A stretch of 52,428 nucleotides of DNA from Tubiluchus corallicola (Eukaryota; Animalia; Priapulida). The notes under the pieces were generated by a model that was given only the letters and a program-made list of their open reading frames with translations, did no database searches and had not been told where the DNA came from. Shown here piece by piece: positions 26,366 through 37,732 of the stretch (position 1 is its first letter; each line of letters starts with the position of its first letter). The stretch covers positions 1 to 52,428 of the forward strand of contig JAQGDQ010001247.1 in the NCBI GenBank assembly GCA_030141605.1. The letters are read 5' to 3'. A program made the position numbers and the translations under genes.

Positions 26366-27291
26366 CCCCTTTTTGCACTATCAGCTTCCTCCGGTGGTGA
26401 ACTTTGTTCTGCCACTGCGCAAGGCAGTACCATGTACTAGTTGACATTATCTCAGTAAATACACTACGTAGTAAGGATTCGCAACTTCCAATTATTAAGA
26501 TTACGAATTCTTTTATTAGTTTATTTTCCATATAGGTACTTTATAAGGTTTCTTATTAAATGCGCCTCCCACTGCGTTTACCCAGGCTATATGATTCCCA
26601 TTTACAGGATTGATATTAAATCTTCTGCCCAGCAAACCCATTAAATGACCGCAGCTTTTGTTATGCAAACTGGCGTTTCGTGAAAACAAAATTTATTGCT
26701 AATCCATTCACGAAACCGTCGTACGTTTTAGCACGCCATCTGTGGGTCATAAATTCTGTCGCACGTCAGGGTTGCGAAATGCGGGTGCCCCTTCCTAAGC
26801 TGCACACCGGGCGCACGAGTGCCTCGATACTCTCTACGTACTGTATCGTTAATGAGTTACTGAAGCCAAGTTTACAGAGAGAAGCGTTGCAGTCTCTTGA
26901 CGACACAATTGCTACATTCTCTATGTTGACGGTAATTGTCCTCCTGGCTTCGCTCTCTTATCTCCTGCTGCCAAACCACAATAAGTCACTTCGTAAACAG
27001 ATCGGCCAACTGGGGTTAATTTCGCAGTTGTGTGGACAGCATTACTGTATCAGACACGTAAACGAGTCTTTGTTGCATCACATCGCAGAGTTAGGCCTAC
27101 ATACAGGGCGGATTATCCTGTAGCCTAGTACAGGCTGCAGATTAGGGTCCCTCAAACTTAGGTAGCCCTAAGACTTTGGTAACATTTAGTAAAAAATCTG
27201 TTTTTCTCTACAATTGTGTTGAAATATGTGCTAATTTGGTTTGCAATAACTAGTAAAATAGTGGTATTTATTAGTTTATTTTTTATTATGA

Positions 27292-27905
27292 ATTCTTTAT
27301 TTGTCATTAAAATGGTTCACTCATTATAATAAAATTGAGTAAGCCTCAGCGTAATGTTAAAATAACCACACTGTTTAAGACAAATGCGTCCAGTACATAT
27401 TAAAAAAAAAACTAACGTGCAAAACTATATACAATAAATGAACATATTTACAAACACCATATTAAAATATTTTTACAAAACAATATTACAAAAAAGTACA
27501 TTAAATTTTACATGACATATTTTACACTATATATACATTTGACATGACACAATTAACAGAAACATGCTTTACATTACATAAATTTCACTCATTACATTTA
27601 TACTATTTATACATTTGACATTACAAAACTAACATAACACGTATTACATTACATAATTTTTTAAAAAAATTTCATTTCCAATCGTTATGTGGAGTCAGGG
27701 GCGGGGGTAGATGAAAGTTGAGTCTGTGTAATTAGTATCAGATGCACAATGTGGAAGTTGAAACCTGTTATATTGATATTCTTTTAATTTCTTTTTAAAG
27801 TGGTGAAGAGATTCTATTTGTTTTATTTCACTGGGTAGTAAGTTCCATAAATGTATGGCCTGTTTTGATATAGATTTATTTGCAAATTTATTGTTTACTG
27901 TAATT
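27292..27905 (-). mobile_element. LINE (Crack/L2-like) 3' end, copy 1
   Basis: Minus ORF QAIHLWNLLPSEIKQIESLHHFKKKLK...PRP* plus a ~400-bp 3'UTR repeated at 37020-37483 and 48716-49100. Confidence 0.75.
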
Positions 27906-28128
27906 TGCTTTAAATTTAGAGAGGTCATTAGCTTGGTCATTTAGAAAGAAAAACTGGCAAAAAGGTAAGGAAAACGTAAAACATATATTATTAATATTTT
28001 ATTCTTGATTGTTTTTATTCATATACATATATGTGTGTTTTATAAACATAAACAACTGTTTTCAAAACTTAAAAACATAAGAGCAACAGTGCTCAAAAAC
28101 ACAGTAATAGCACTAGTAACACTTTCAG

Positions 28129-28589
28129 CAGGGGTGTGCAAATTGCAGCCCGCGAAGAGATTTGTCAACCTAATGAAAGTGCCGCCCGGGCGATTAATTG
28201 AGTGTATCCAGCTGAAGTCCGTGCCATGATCCCAAAGATAGTGTGGGTAGTTTTTTGTACTAGATCGGATGCCATTAACCCTTACAAGACGGTTGTAGCT
28301 TAATGTCACTGTACTACACAGACTGTGTGATACACATTACTAATATGCATTGTAATGAAATTACCACTACCTGTCCTGAAAGTAGAAATATATGGTTTGT
28401 AATATAAATTTTAATAACTTTTAAAATAGTTTCTTGAGTGTAGTAGTAATGATGTACGCAGGTAGGATGCAAAAAAAATCGTTATTAGGCCTTTCTGTAC
28501 TTGGGTCCTTGATCAAACTGCCTGTGGCCTGCAGGAATTGCGGGAAAGTTTAATGTGGCCCGGCTAGTCAGGTAATTTGCACACCCCTG
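28129..28589. mobile_element. hAT-like MITE
   Basis: TIRs CAGGGGTGTGCAAATT / AATTTGCACACCCCTG and 8-bp TSD ACTTTCAG / ACTTACAG. Confidence 0.85.
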
Positions 28590-29279
28590 ACTTACAGCAT
28601 AGAGAGAAGAGAAAGGAAAAAGAATTTAACGAGTAAGTTACTCCCATTTTTTAGATAAACTGTTTAAGTCTACTCTTAACAGAAGCTTTAATATCGGTTC
28701 TAGAGTAAATGTGGTCACCGTTGACGCTTTGCACATGCGCAGTGTTGAGTTGTTACAGCACAGAGAGTGAAGAGAAAGACAAAGCATTTAAACAGTAAGC
28801 TATTCCCTTATGCACTATTTTTGGATAAGCTATTTAATTTTAACAGAATCGTTAATATCGTTTCTACAGTAAAATTAATGTAGTCATCGCTGACGCTGTG
28901 CGCATGCGCATAGCGATGAGCTGCGCATGCGCGCAGCTGATTAGCTTGCAAAAGCTGTTCAAGTTCACACAACAAAATTGCTGTAATCCTAGCACAGTGC
29001 GTAATATATTATTATCAATCCCCTGCATTTTGCTCTAATATGCGTTATTAGGGCTACGAGTTTAAGCAAATTGTGTTCTAAAACCTTGGCGTGTCCTTGG
29101 AATTAATTAAACTTGCAAACATGTATGGAGAATGAAAGCAGTAAATCACGCTGAAAGTACGGTGACACTTGACAGAGGGCGCTGAAATTCAAGGAGAATG
29201 AGAAATATAGTAAAATGAATACAGAACTGTGCTAATGTTGTTTATTGCGCCCGGATTTGCTGAGTAAACATTAAGGTAT

Positions 29280-29630
29280 GAACCATTCATGGGATTGATC
29301 CTTCTTGGAATTCATTACCGACATCACTAAAACACAACAGCTCTTTATTAATATTCAAGTCTAAATTAAAAAAACATTTAATGACTCGTTTTGAATATCC
29401 GACATACGAACACGATGATACTTTCATCATAATCATATCATATCATAATTTCATTTTTCCTAGACCTTACTAAACTAGTTTATATTATATTTTTGAATTT
29501 CTAGTTGCACTTATAGTTTAGCTTGCACCAGACGCATTTGCCCAGAACAGTGTACGTTTTTATATGAACTAACACTGATTGTCTGTCTTTTATTATGATG
29601 GTCAATGTTTTTAAAATGGCAAATAAAGAT
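29280..29630 (+). mobile_element. Related LINE 3' fragment
   Basis: SWNSLPTSLKHNSSLLIFKSKLKKHL...PRPY* followed by UTR and aataaa. Confidence 0.55.
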
Positions 29631-29632
29631 TT

Positions 29633-29633
<1 letters not shown>

Positions 29634-29708
<75 letters not shown>

Positions 29709-29751
29709 GCTGCTGCTGCTACTACTACTACTGCTGCTGCTGCTGCTACTG

Positions 29752-29797
<46 letters not shown>
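29634..29797. repeat. (CTA/CTG)n microsatellite
   Basis: Directly visible. Confidence 0.95.
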
Positions 29798-30667
29798 CTT
29801 CATTCTTGAAATTGTCTTGAACTGGCGTGCGTTCGTTGGCACGCTTGGCTGAACGCTGAAAGCAGCATGGAACAGGCATAAGTACGGGAAAGATTTTCTA
29901 AAAATCACATGAGTGGTTTTGATTTGGCGCTCTCGAAAATAATTGCCAGAGAATCCATTTCGGCCTAACACAGAAAAAAAAGATGATGTAGAAAAAATCA
30001 GGAAACGAGGCAGCAAAACAATCGGGATAGGCCTCGAATCTCTTGCTAACCGTGGAGAACGCATGCGCCTAAAATATCTCAACAAATCGATAAAAAGACT
30101 GTCCTCTACTGCCAATCACGAAAACTACCGGCAGAAGAGGAACACAGTTTATAATAGAGTTAATCGGATCCAACAAAATTTCTATATGGCAAAAACATAC
30201 ATTCTATTAACAAAACCATTTTTAATATTTTAGTATCTATAGTACTACTTTTCCATGTTTTATTACATCTTGTGACAGTAGCTGTCCTTAAAAATGAACT
30301 ATTTCTAAATCTAAATCTAAATCTAAACCTAATTTCTTTTCTTACTGACGCTTTTTTGCTCAGGGTAGAAGGCTCACCAACAAAGAGGTACTATTTCGTG
30401 CTCAAAAATACGGCATTAGTTCCTCAAGTACACATAAGTAATCGACCCTTTGCCAAAGGTGAACTGAACTCAAGCTTAAAAGATCCTCCAGCACACCATT
30501 GCCATTGTACTTCAGTCAGTCACAGCTCAAGGACTTCATTGGCAGGAGAAATCTCAAAAGTGAGGGAGGGAGAGAGAAAGAGAGGAACCGAGATGAAGAG
30601 AAAGATGGAAATAAATAGAGAGGGGGAAGAAAGAGAAATAGAACACACGGAGGAACAAAGAAAGAGA

Positions 30668-30669
<2 letters not shown>

Positions 30670-30741
<72 letters not shown>

Positions 30742-30870
30742 TGGAGGGAGAGAGACAGAGGAGAGACAGAAAGAAAGGAGAGAGAGAGAGGAGAGAGAGA
30801 GAGACAGAGAGAGGGGGAGAGAGAGAGAGAAAGAGAGAGACAGAAAGAGAGACAGAGAGGGAGGAAGAAA
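30670..30870. repeat. (GA)n-rich microsatellite
   Basis: Directly visible. Confidence 0.9.
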
Positions 30871-31039
30871 GAGAGTCCCAAACTTTCAAATTTTAAAGAA
30901 ATCTAATAACAATCATTACCTCAGATAAAAATCACTGAGTGTTATTTTAAAAAAGTAAACCTGAAATTTTTGCAATTATAGCATTGTTTTGGCTCAGTTT
31001 TTCAAAACATTCGAGAAATGGTTTTGCTGTTAATATTCC

Positions 31040-31234
31040 AGTAAGCTACGCAGAGACATTATTACGTCATGTTGCCATAGTTACGGTACAGCATTGTGTA
31101 TTGTTAGTGACCCCTGACATTCATCATAAGCATTCTAATTCTTGCTCAGTTGAAACTTGTGTCTCCTACCTTCAATATCCTTTTCGAAGTCAGTTAAGCG
31201 TAACAACTCAACTTGTTGACTTGTTTACAATAAG
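31040..31234 (+). promoter_or_regulatory. Conserved upstream/5'UTR block shared by both LRR paralogs
   Basis: Aligns closely with 35380-35580 (for example gctcagttgaaacttgtgtctccta and gcgtaacaactcaacttgttgacttgttt). Contains a bZIP-like TTACGTCA/TTACGTCG motif. Confidence 0.55.
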
Positions 31235-31892
31235 ATGGAAGCACCTAAAGTTTCTATAATCCTTTGTAGTGCATTTATTATTGTTGTGATGTGCATTCAG
31301 CCAGGGTTTGCAGACTTCTGTGAAAAGATTGACCATCACTTATGCTTCCACATCACACAGCATTACACTGGAGACAATTGTAGTATAGTCTGCAGACCAA
31401 ACGGTCAAGAACCGAAGTGCTACCCCGGAACACCATATGAAGGTTATTGCTTAAAACCTGAGGATATTCAGAATATAGCTGATAAGCTTCCTCAACCCAT
31501 ACGTAGCCTGGATATCGAACATTTCATAACCGACGAATCCGCAGGTGGAGATTCTTTCAAAATGAATTTTCCTGGCAAATCAGTGGGTACATTATCTATA
31601 GAGTTAAGTAAATTCACTACCTTGCGTGCTAATGCTATTGTAGGTACCGTTGAGCGTCTTACAGTCGCTTTTAATGATAAACTCTTGTACATAGACCCAC
31701 GGGCTTTTGCTAAAGTAACTGGTCTACAAGAAATAAAGATTCACTTTGGCAGTCGAGATTTGAAGATTCCTGCCTTGGATTTGACTCAACAGCCAAACTT
31801 TTCTCACTTGAATGCTATGGGGGTGGAGAGCATAGAGAAACCTCAGCTACACACAAGTCGTTCCCCTTCTGAAGTTTTTATAACGGTTGGAG
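31235..31892 (+). CDS. Secreted LRR-like protein paralog A, exon 1 (219 codons + 1 nt): signal peptide, Cys-rich N-cap, degenerate LRRs
   Basis: ATG at 31235 is followed by a hydrophobic signal-like N-terminus ending GFA|DF and 6 Cys after it. LRR-like strands are IRSLDIEH, VGTLSIEL, VERLTVAFNDKLLYIDPRAFAKVTGLQEIKI and FSHLNAM. Donor is G|GTAAGT at 31893. Colinear, gap-free paralog at 35581. Confidence 0.9.
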
Positions 31893-32373
31893 GTAAGTTT
31901 CATCTTTGGCAAATAGAAGTGACAAGATGACTAAACATTAGAAAATCTCCTTTTTAAAAAGATCCTTACCTTTAGAAACCATAAAAAACAAATCTATTAT
32001 TAGGTTAGTAAACAGTTATTAAGTTCCTTAGACCGGATTAGCCAGAATTCGTGTGGGGGAGGTTTGAAACATCTAGTTCCCCCCCCCCCCCCATAAAAAC
32101 TTGCAGATTGCTTTTTTGTTTGCAGATTGTATTTTTTGCTTTACTTACTCATAAATCTACAACTAATAAATGTTTGTAAATTTATGCATGTATTTTTTAC
32201 TGCTTAACTCAAAGGGTGAACAACAAAGCTCCATCTAACAGGTTTCGACTAAGGAAAAAGTCGAAGAAATTAATAAAACCAAATTTTGCAATTTTTTGTT
32301 CTGAACAAGCTTTCAAAATGCTTCACCTGGCGGAATGTTTTATTAAAATTACTCATTACTCAAATGCTAGCAA

Positions 32374-32864
32374 CATAGGCGCACGAGAGGAAGTTTGACA
32401 AGTAGGAGGTATAATAAATTTGCCCTGAAAATTTTCCAGGTTGCCCTAATTTGAGGGGGGGGAGAGAATCAGCTCCTGACATCACACCAAATAGCAATTG
32501 TAATCGTAATAGTAAATAAAAGCAGGAACTCCGAATTATAATACCAATCTTTTACTAAGAAATTACTAGTCAAATAAGACACAAGCCAAAGGTTTGCATT
32601 TTCACTGAACAAACACGCAAATACTTTCACGATACTTTTTCTAACGTTTGACAATTTCAAAAGAAATAATGGTGACGGTTAATGTTTCCCTTTTGCAAAC
32701 TTGTCTATGACTTACTTTCCCAGCATACCGAGGGAAATGTGCTTAGTAAGTGAAGAGTGGACTTATGAGGTTTAGTGAACTAAAACTGATAGCAGGTACT
32801 ATCACAACTTTATAATTACTAAAACTTATATACAATTCGTTTCGCAAAGAACTCTTTAATTGCG

Positions 32865-32945
<81 letters not shown>

Positions 32946-33028
32946 AAAAGAGATAGAAAACGAGAGGGAGACAGAAAGAGAGAGGGAGAGAGACAGAAAG
33001 AGAGAGAGAGGGAAAGAGAAAGACAGAA

Positions 33029-33101
<73 letters not shown>

Positions 33102-33257
33102 CGCAAGCAATCATTGAAATCTTATTAAATTCTGAAATTTTAAAACAGAATTATTTACCCCTCAAAATAATTAGCTTTAGCCCTGAAAATGTACAATTCT
33201 TTTGCTGTGGGAAGGCAATCGCCCCACCCCCTTAACCCCAAGCATCGTACGCCTATG
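32374..33257. mobile_element. hAT-like MITE in the intron of LRR paralog A
   Basis: TIRs CATAGGCGCACGA / TCGTACGCCTATG with flanks GCTAGCAA / GCTAATAA (6/8 match). Absent from the paralog B intron. Contains (GA)n. Confidence 0.65.
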
Positions 33258-33281
33258 GCTAATAAGGATTTTCTTTTCTAG

Positions 33282-33436
33282 GTATGTGGTTGGTCTGCGA
33301 CAAGCGTCTACTCTGGTCTCTCAAAGACGAGTGGAAGCATGTGGACTTAAAATGCGGTGTGCCGAATCCTAGGCGTGTTATTGGAAAACAATTCAAAGAA
33401 GCATGCAAAGTGCTTGAGTTATGCCCAAAGGATTAG
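33282..33436 (+). CDS. Secreted LRR-like protein paralog A, exon 2 (LRRCT-like cap, stop)
   Basis: Acceptor TTTTCTTTTCTAG. The phase-1 join gives GMWLVCDKRLLWSLKDEWKHVDLKCGVPNPRRVIGKQFKEACKVLELCPKD*, matching the LRRCT pattern W..CD..L.W...C..P..(L)G. Homologous exon at 37581. Spliced product is 270 aa. Confidence 0.85.
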
Positions 33437-33696
33437 GCTAAAATTTTTGTCTAAATTTTGGAGACCCTTTCTATTAGTTGTTTTATTTTCAAGAAAAATT
33501 GTTTTTTTCTTACAAAAACCATTAATTTTATCCGTTGTTGTTTATTTTACAAATCCATTTATTTGTAATAAGAAAACTTCAGTCGTCTAAATCCATAACG
33601 TATTCTAGTATTCGAATTATATTGACTTACTACTTGTGTTTAAGAAATTTAAATTTTTATTTTTTAGCATTTTCGCTTGTATGCTTTAATGTTCGA

Positions 33697-33702
33697 AATA
33701 AA
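33697..33702 (+). promoter_or_regulatory. Putative polyadenylation signal of LRR paralog A
   Basis: AATAAA about 260 nt after the stop, conserved at the homologous position of paralog B (38011-38016). Confidence 0.5.
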
Positions 33703-33897
33703 TTTAATTAAAACGTCTAAAATGTTTTAAATGATTTTGTGATATAATTGTACACAAGTCAATGATGTGTACAATTACATAATTACATTACAATTAGAAT
33801 TCGGTGATACTTATAATTTTCCTTTTGTAAATTTTGTTAACTCTTCCTATATTGCTGTTGTCCTGGCCATGCCCGGGCAGTTTTGAGAGCAACAGCG

Positions 33898-35181
33898 ACC
33901 AAAACCAGAATCTTGGCCAGGTTCCTGTTGAAGTTCTAAACCAGAATCCTGGTCAGGTTCCTCCCGACGCTTCAAAACAGAATCCTGGTCAAGTTCCTTC
34001 CAACATTTGAAACCAGAATCCTGGTCAAGTTCCTTCCAACATTTGAAACCAGAATCCTGGCTAGGTTCCTCCCGACATTTGAAACCAGAATCCTGGTCAG
34101 GTTCATCCCGACGCTTAAAAACAGAATCCTGGTCAGGTTCCTTCTGACATTTGAAACCAGAATCCTGGTCAGGTTTCTCCCAACATTTGAAACCGGAATC
34201 CTGGTCAGGTTCCTCTCAACATTTGAAACCAGAATCCTAGTCAGGTTCATCCCGACGCTTAAAAACAGAATCCTGGTCAGGTTCCTTCTGACATTTGAAA
34301 CCAGAATCCTGGTCAGGTTCCTCCCAACATTTGAAACCAGAATCCTGGTCAGGTTCATCCCGACGCTTAAAAACAGAATCCTGGCTAGGTTCCTTCTGAC
34401 ATTTGAAGCCAGAATCCTGGTCAGGTTCCTCTCAACATTTGAAACCAGAATCCTAGTCAGGTTCCTCTCAACATTTGAAACCAGAACCCTGGTCAGGTTC
34501 CTCCTGACATTTGAAGCCAGAATCCTGGTCAGGTTCCTCTCAACATTTGAAACCAGAATCCTGGTCAGGTTCCTCTCAACATTTGAAACCAGAATCCTAG
34601 TCAGGTTCCTTCTGACATTTGAAGCCAGAATCCTGGTCAGGATTCTCCTGGCATTTGAAACCAGAATCCTGGTCAGGTTCCTCCCAACATTTGAAACCAG
34701 AATCCTGGTCAGGTTCCTCTCAACATTTGAAACCAGAATCCTAGTCAGGTTCCTCCCAACATTTGAAACCAGAATCCTGGTCAGGTTCATCCTGACATTT
34801 GAAACCAGAATCCTGGTCAGGTTCCTCCTGACATTTGAAACCAGAATCCTGGTCAGGTTCCTCCCAACATTTGAAACCAGAAGGTCAGGTTCCTCCCGAC
34901 ATTTGAAACCAGGATCCTGATCAGATTCCTCCCGATGCATAAAAACAGAATCCTGGTCAAGTTCCTTCCGTTACTTGAAACCAAAATCCTAGTCAGGTTT
35001 CTCCTGACATTTGAAACCAGAATCCTGGCCAGGTTCCTCCCAACATTTGAAACCAGAATCCTGGTCAGGTTTCTCCTGACATTTGAAACCAGAATCCTGG
35101 TCAGGTTCCTCCCGATGCTTAAAAACAGAATCCTGGTCAGGTTCCTCCCGATGCTTAAAAACAGAATCCTGGTCAAGTTTC
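33898..35181. repeat. 36-bp minisatellite, ~35 copies, between the two LRR paralogs
   Basis: Unit ccagaatcctggtcaggttcctcccaacatttgaaa, with variation concentrated in a short central segment. Confidence 0.95.
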
Positions 35182-35580
35182 ACAAAACTGCAATGCATTA
35201 CATCACATTTATCAACATTAATAATAATTTGACAATCATTACTCCACTTACACTATATCATGAAATTCGCCACAGTTAAATCTATCATTTTTGATGAATT
35301 GATAAGAATATATGACTACTAATTTTTTAAAAAGAAACCTTTTCGTTTTGGCGTTGTTTTTAATATGCGAACATATAATATTCTAATAAGTTACGCAGAT
35401 ACATTATTACGTCGTGTTGTCATAGGTACGGTACAGCATCGTGAATTGTTAGTGACCCCTGGACATTCCTAATAAATATTGCAATTTTTGCTCAGTTGAA
35501 ACTTGTGTCTCCTATCTTCAATGTCTCTCTTGAAGTCAGTCAAGCGTAACAACTCAACTTGTTGACTTGTTTGCACTAAG

Positions 35581-36238
35581 ATGGAAGCACCTAAAGTTTC
35601 TACAGTCCTTTGTGGTGCATTTACTATTGCTGTGATGTGCATTCAGCCAGGGTTTACAGATTTCTGTAAAACGATTGACCATCAGTCATGCAGTCATGTC
35701 ACACACTTTCACAGTGGAGACAATTGCACTATATTCTGCAGACCAAACCGTAAAGAACCAAAGTGTTACCAGGGAACAGCATATGAAGGTCATTGCTTGA
35801 ATCCTGGAGACATTCAGAATATAGCTGATAAGCTTCCTCAACCTATAGACAGTGTGTATATTGAACAGTTCGTAACCGACGAATCCTCAGGTGGAGAGCC
35901 TTTCAGAATGAATTTTACGGGCAAATCTGTGAAATTCTTACATATAATTTTAAGTACATTCACTTCCTTGCATGCTAATGCTATTGCAGGTACCATTAGA
36001 AGTCTCGTGTTCTCCCATAATGCCCAGCTCATGCACATACACCCACAGGCTCTTGCTAAAGTAACTGGTCTACGAGCACTGAAGATTCGATGCAACCAAC
36101 CTGACATGACGATTCCTGCCTTGGATTTGACTCAAAATCTAAAGTTTGATTTCTTGTTTGTACAGGGCGTGGAGAGCATACAGAAGCCTCAGCTACACCC
36201 GAGTCGTCCCCCCTCTAAAGTTAGGATTGTGGTTAGAG
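35581..36238 (+). CDS. Secreted LRR-like protein paralog B, exon 1
   Basis: Same length and donor position (G|GTAAGT at 36239) as paralog A. About 63% aa identity (137/219 by hand count). All N-cap Cys are conserved. Confidence 0.9.
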
Positions 36239-36664
36239 GTAAGTTTCCTCTAATCTTTGGCAAATATAAGTGACAAAATTTCGAAAAAAATCTCTAATAA
36301 ACGATGGTCGATCTCCTTTCAAAAAAGCTCTCTCCCATTGACAAGTTGTAAAAAAAGAAAAAACTGTCATCAGGTTGCTAAACACTCAACAGCCATTAAA
36401 GGCTTAGACTGGTTTGGCCACGATTTGTATGGGGGAGGTTTGAAACAGTGGGGGAGTTTCTTTCCCTCTCCCCCTCCTGCTGCGCTGGCCGCTGACATGT
36501 CTTATTGCACTTGAGTATCTTGGGCATTATACACCCGTACATTTATAGTTTTTCTTTTATGGATTGCACTTTTTGCTTTATTTACTAATAAACGTTTGTA
36601 AATTTATGAGTGTATTTTACAGCGGAACAAATTCTGCATTTTTACGTAGAAATAGTTTTGTAGG

Positions 36665-36960
36665 AAAAATTAGTTTCTTTAGCATAAAGACTAAAGCAAT
36701 AAACCTGGAATACATTGCAGGCTTTGCATTTACTTACAACAGAAAACATTAATTTGTAAGATAAAAACAACGAAACAGAAAAATTTAATGGTTTTGAAAG
36801 AATAAACGTTTGTAAAACAACAAACAATAAAATTGTTTCTAAAAATAAAATAACAAATAATAGAATAATTCTCTAAACATAAAATAAAAATTTTACCTTA
36901 ATCTTTTTGGACATATGTCAAGCATTTTTCATGCTAGAGTTGTGAGTTCTTTTCCAGAAA
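36665..36960 (-). pseudogene. Inverted, diverged copy of LRR exon-2 3' end plus 3'UTR inside the paralog B intron
   Basis: Reverse complement aligns to 37671-37967 and translates as SGKELTTLA*KMLDICPK versus SGKEFTTFACKMLDICPK (TGC>TGA). Confidence 0.85.
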
Positions 36961-37019
36961 CTTTTAGTTTATGGTTAATTATATATATATAATTATTCTT
37001 TATATTATATATATATATT

Positions 37020-37483
37020 AATTCTTTATTTGTCATTAAAATGGTTCACTCATTATAATAAAATTGAGTAATCCTCAGCGTAATGTTAAAATAACAACAC
37101 TGTTCAAGACAAATGCGTCAGGTGCATACTAAAAAAACGAAAGTGCAAAACTATATACAATAAATGAACATATTTACAAACACCATATTAAAATATTTTT
37201 CTAAAACAATATTACAAAAGTACAGTAAATTTTACATGACATATTTTACACTATATATACATTTGACATGACACAATTAACAGAAACATGCTTTACATTA
37301 CATAAATTTCACTCATTACATATTCACTATTTATACATTTGACATTACAAGACTAACAAAACACGTATTACATTACATAATTCTTAAAAAAAAAATCATT
37401 TTTAATCGTTTTATGGAGTCAGGGGCGGGGGTAGATGAAAGTTGAGTCTGTGTAATTAGTATCAGATGCACAATGTGGAAGTT
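37020..37483 (-). mobile_element. Same LINE 3' end, copy 2 (in the paralog B intron)
   Basis: Near-identical to 27292-27760. Confidence 0.8.
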
Positions 37484-37580
37484 AAAACAATTCTCAACAA
37501 GTTTTTAAAATCAGTCGTGCTGCAGATGTCTCGTTAAAATTGGTCATTACACGATTGTAAACGAGGATTTTGTTATCTAG

Positions 37581-37732
37581 GTCCTTGGCTGATCTGCGAC
37601 AAGCGTCTGATCTGGACTCTGGAGGACAAGTGGGAATTAATAAGCTTGATATGCAGTTCACCTGAGCGTATTTCTGGAAAAGAATTCACGACTTTTGCAT
37701 GCAAAATGCTTGACATATGCCCAAAAAATTAG
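37581..37732 (+). CDS. Secreted LRR-like protein paralog B, exon 2 (LRRCT-like cap, stop)
   Basis: Acceptor TTTTGTTATCTAG. The phase-1 join gives GPWLICDKRLIWTLEDKWELISLICSSPERISGKEFTTFACKMLDICPKN*. Spliced product is 269 aa. Confidence 0.85.

Noticed and set aside
31893-31930. Single-exon C-termini of the ORF-track proteins (KFHLWQIEVTR; KFPLIFGKYK at 36239-36273)
   Set aside because: Conservation breaks (frameshift between paralogs) right after a shared GTAAGT donor. Splicing supplies a conserved LRRCT-like exon instead.
32716-32779. Perfect-looking minus-strand exon (TTTTAG...GTAAGT; FTKPHKSTLHLLSTFPSVCWE) in the paralog A intron
   Set aside because: Lies inside a TIR/TSD-bounded MITE absent from paralog B, and has no partner exon.
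33898-35181. CRISPR-like appearance (36-bp period, units ending ...TTTGAAAC) and a 322-aa ORF
   Set aside because: No unique spacers (only a few variable bases per unit), no cas genes, eukaryotic context. The ORF is a by-product of a 36-bp unit, and the alternative EPDQDSGFKC frame has stops.
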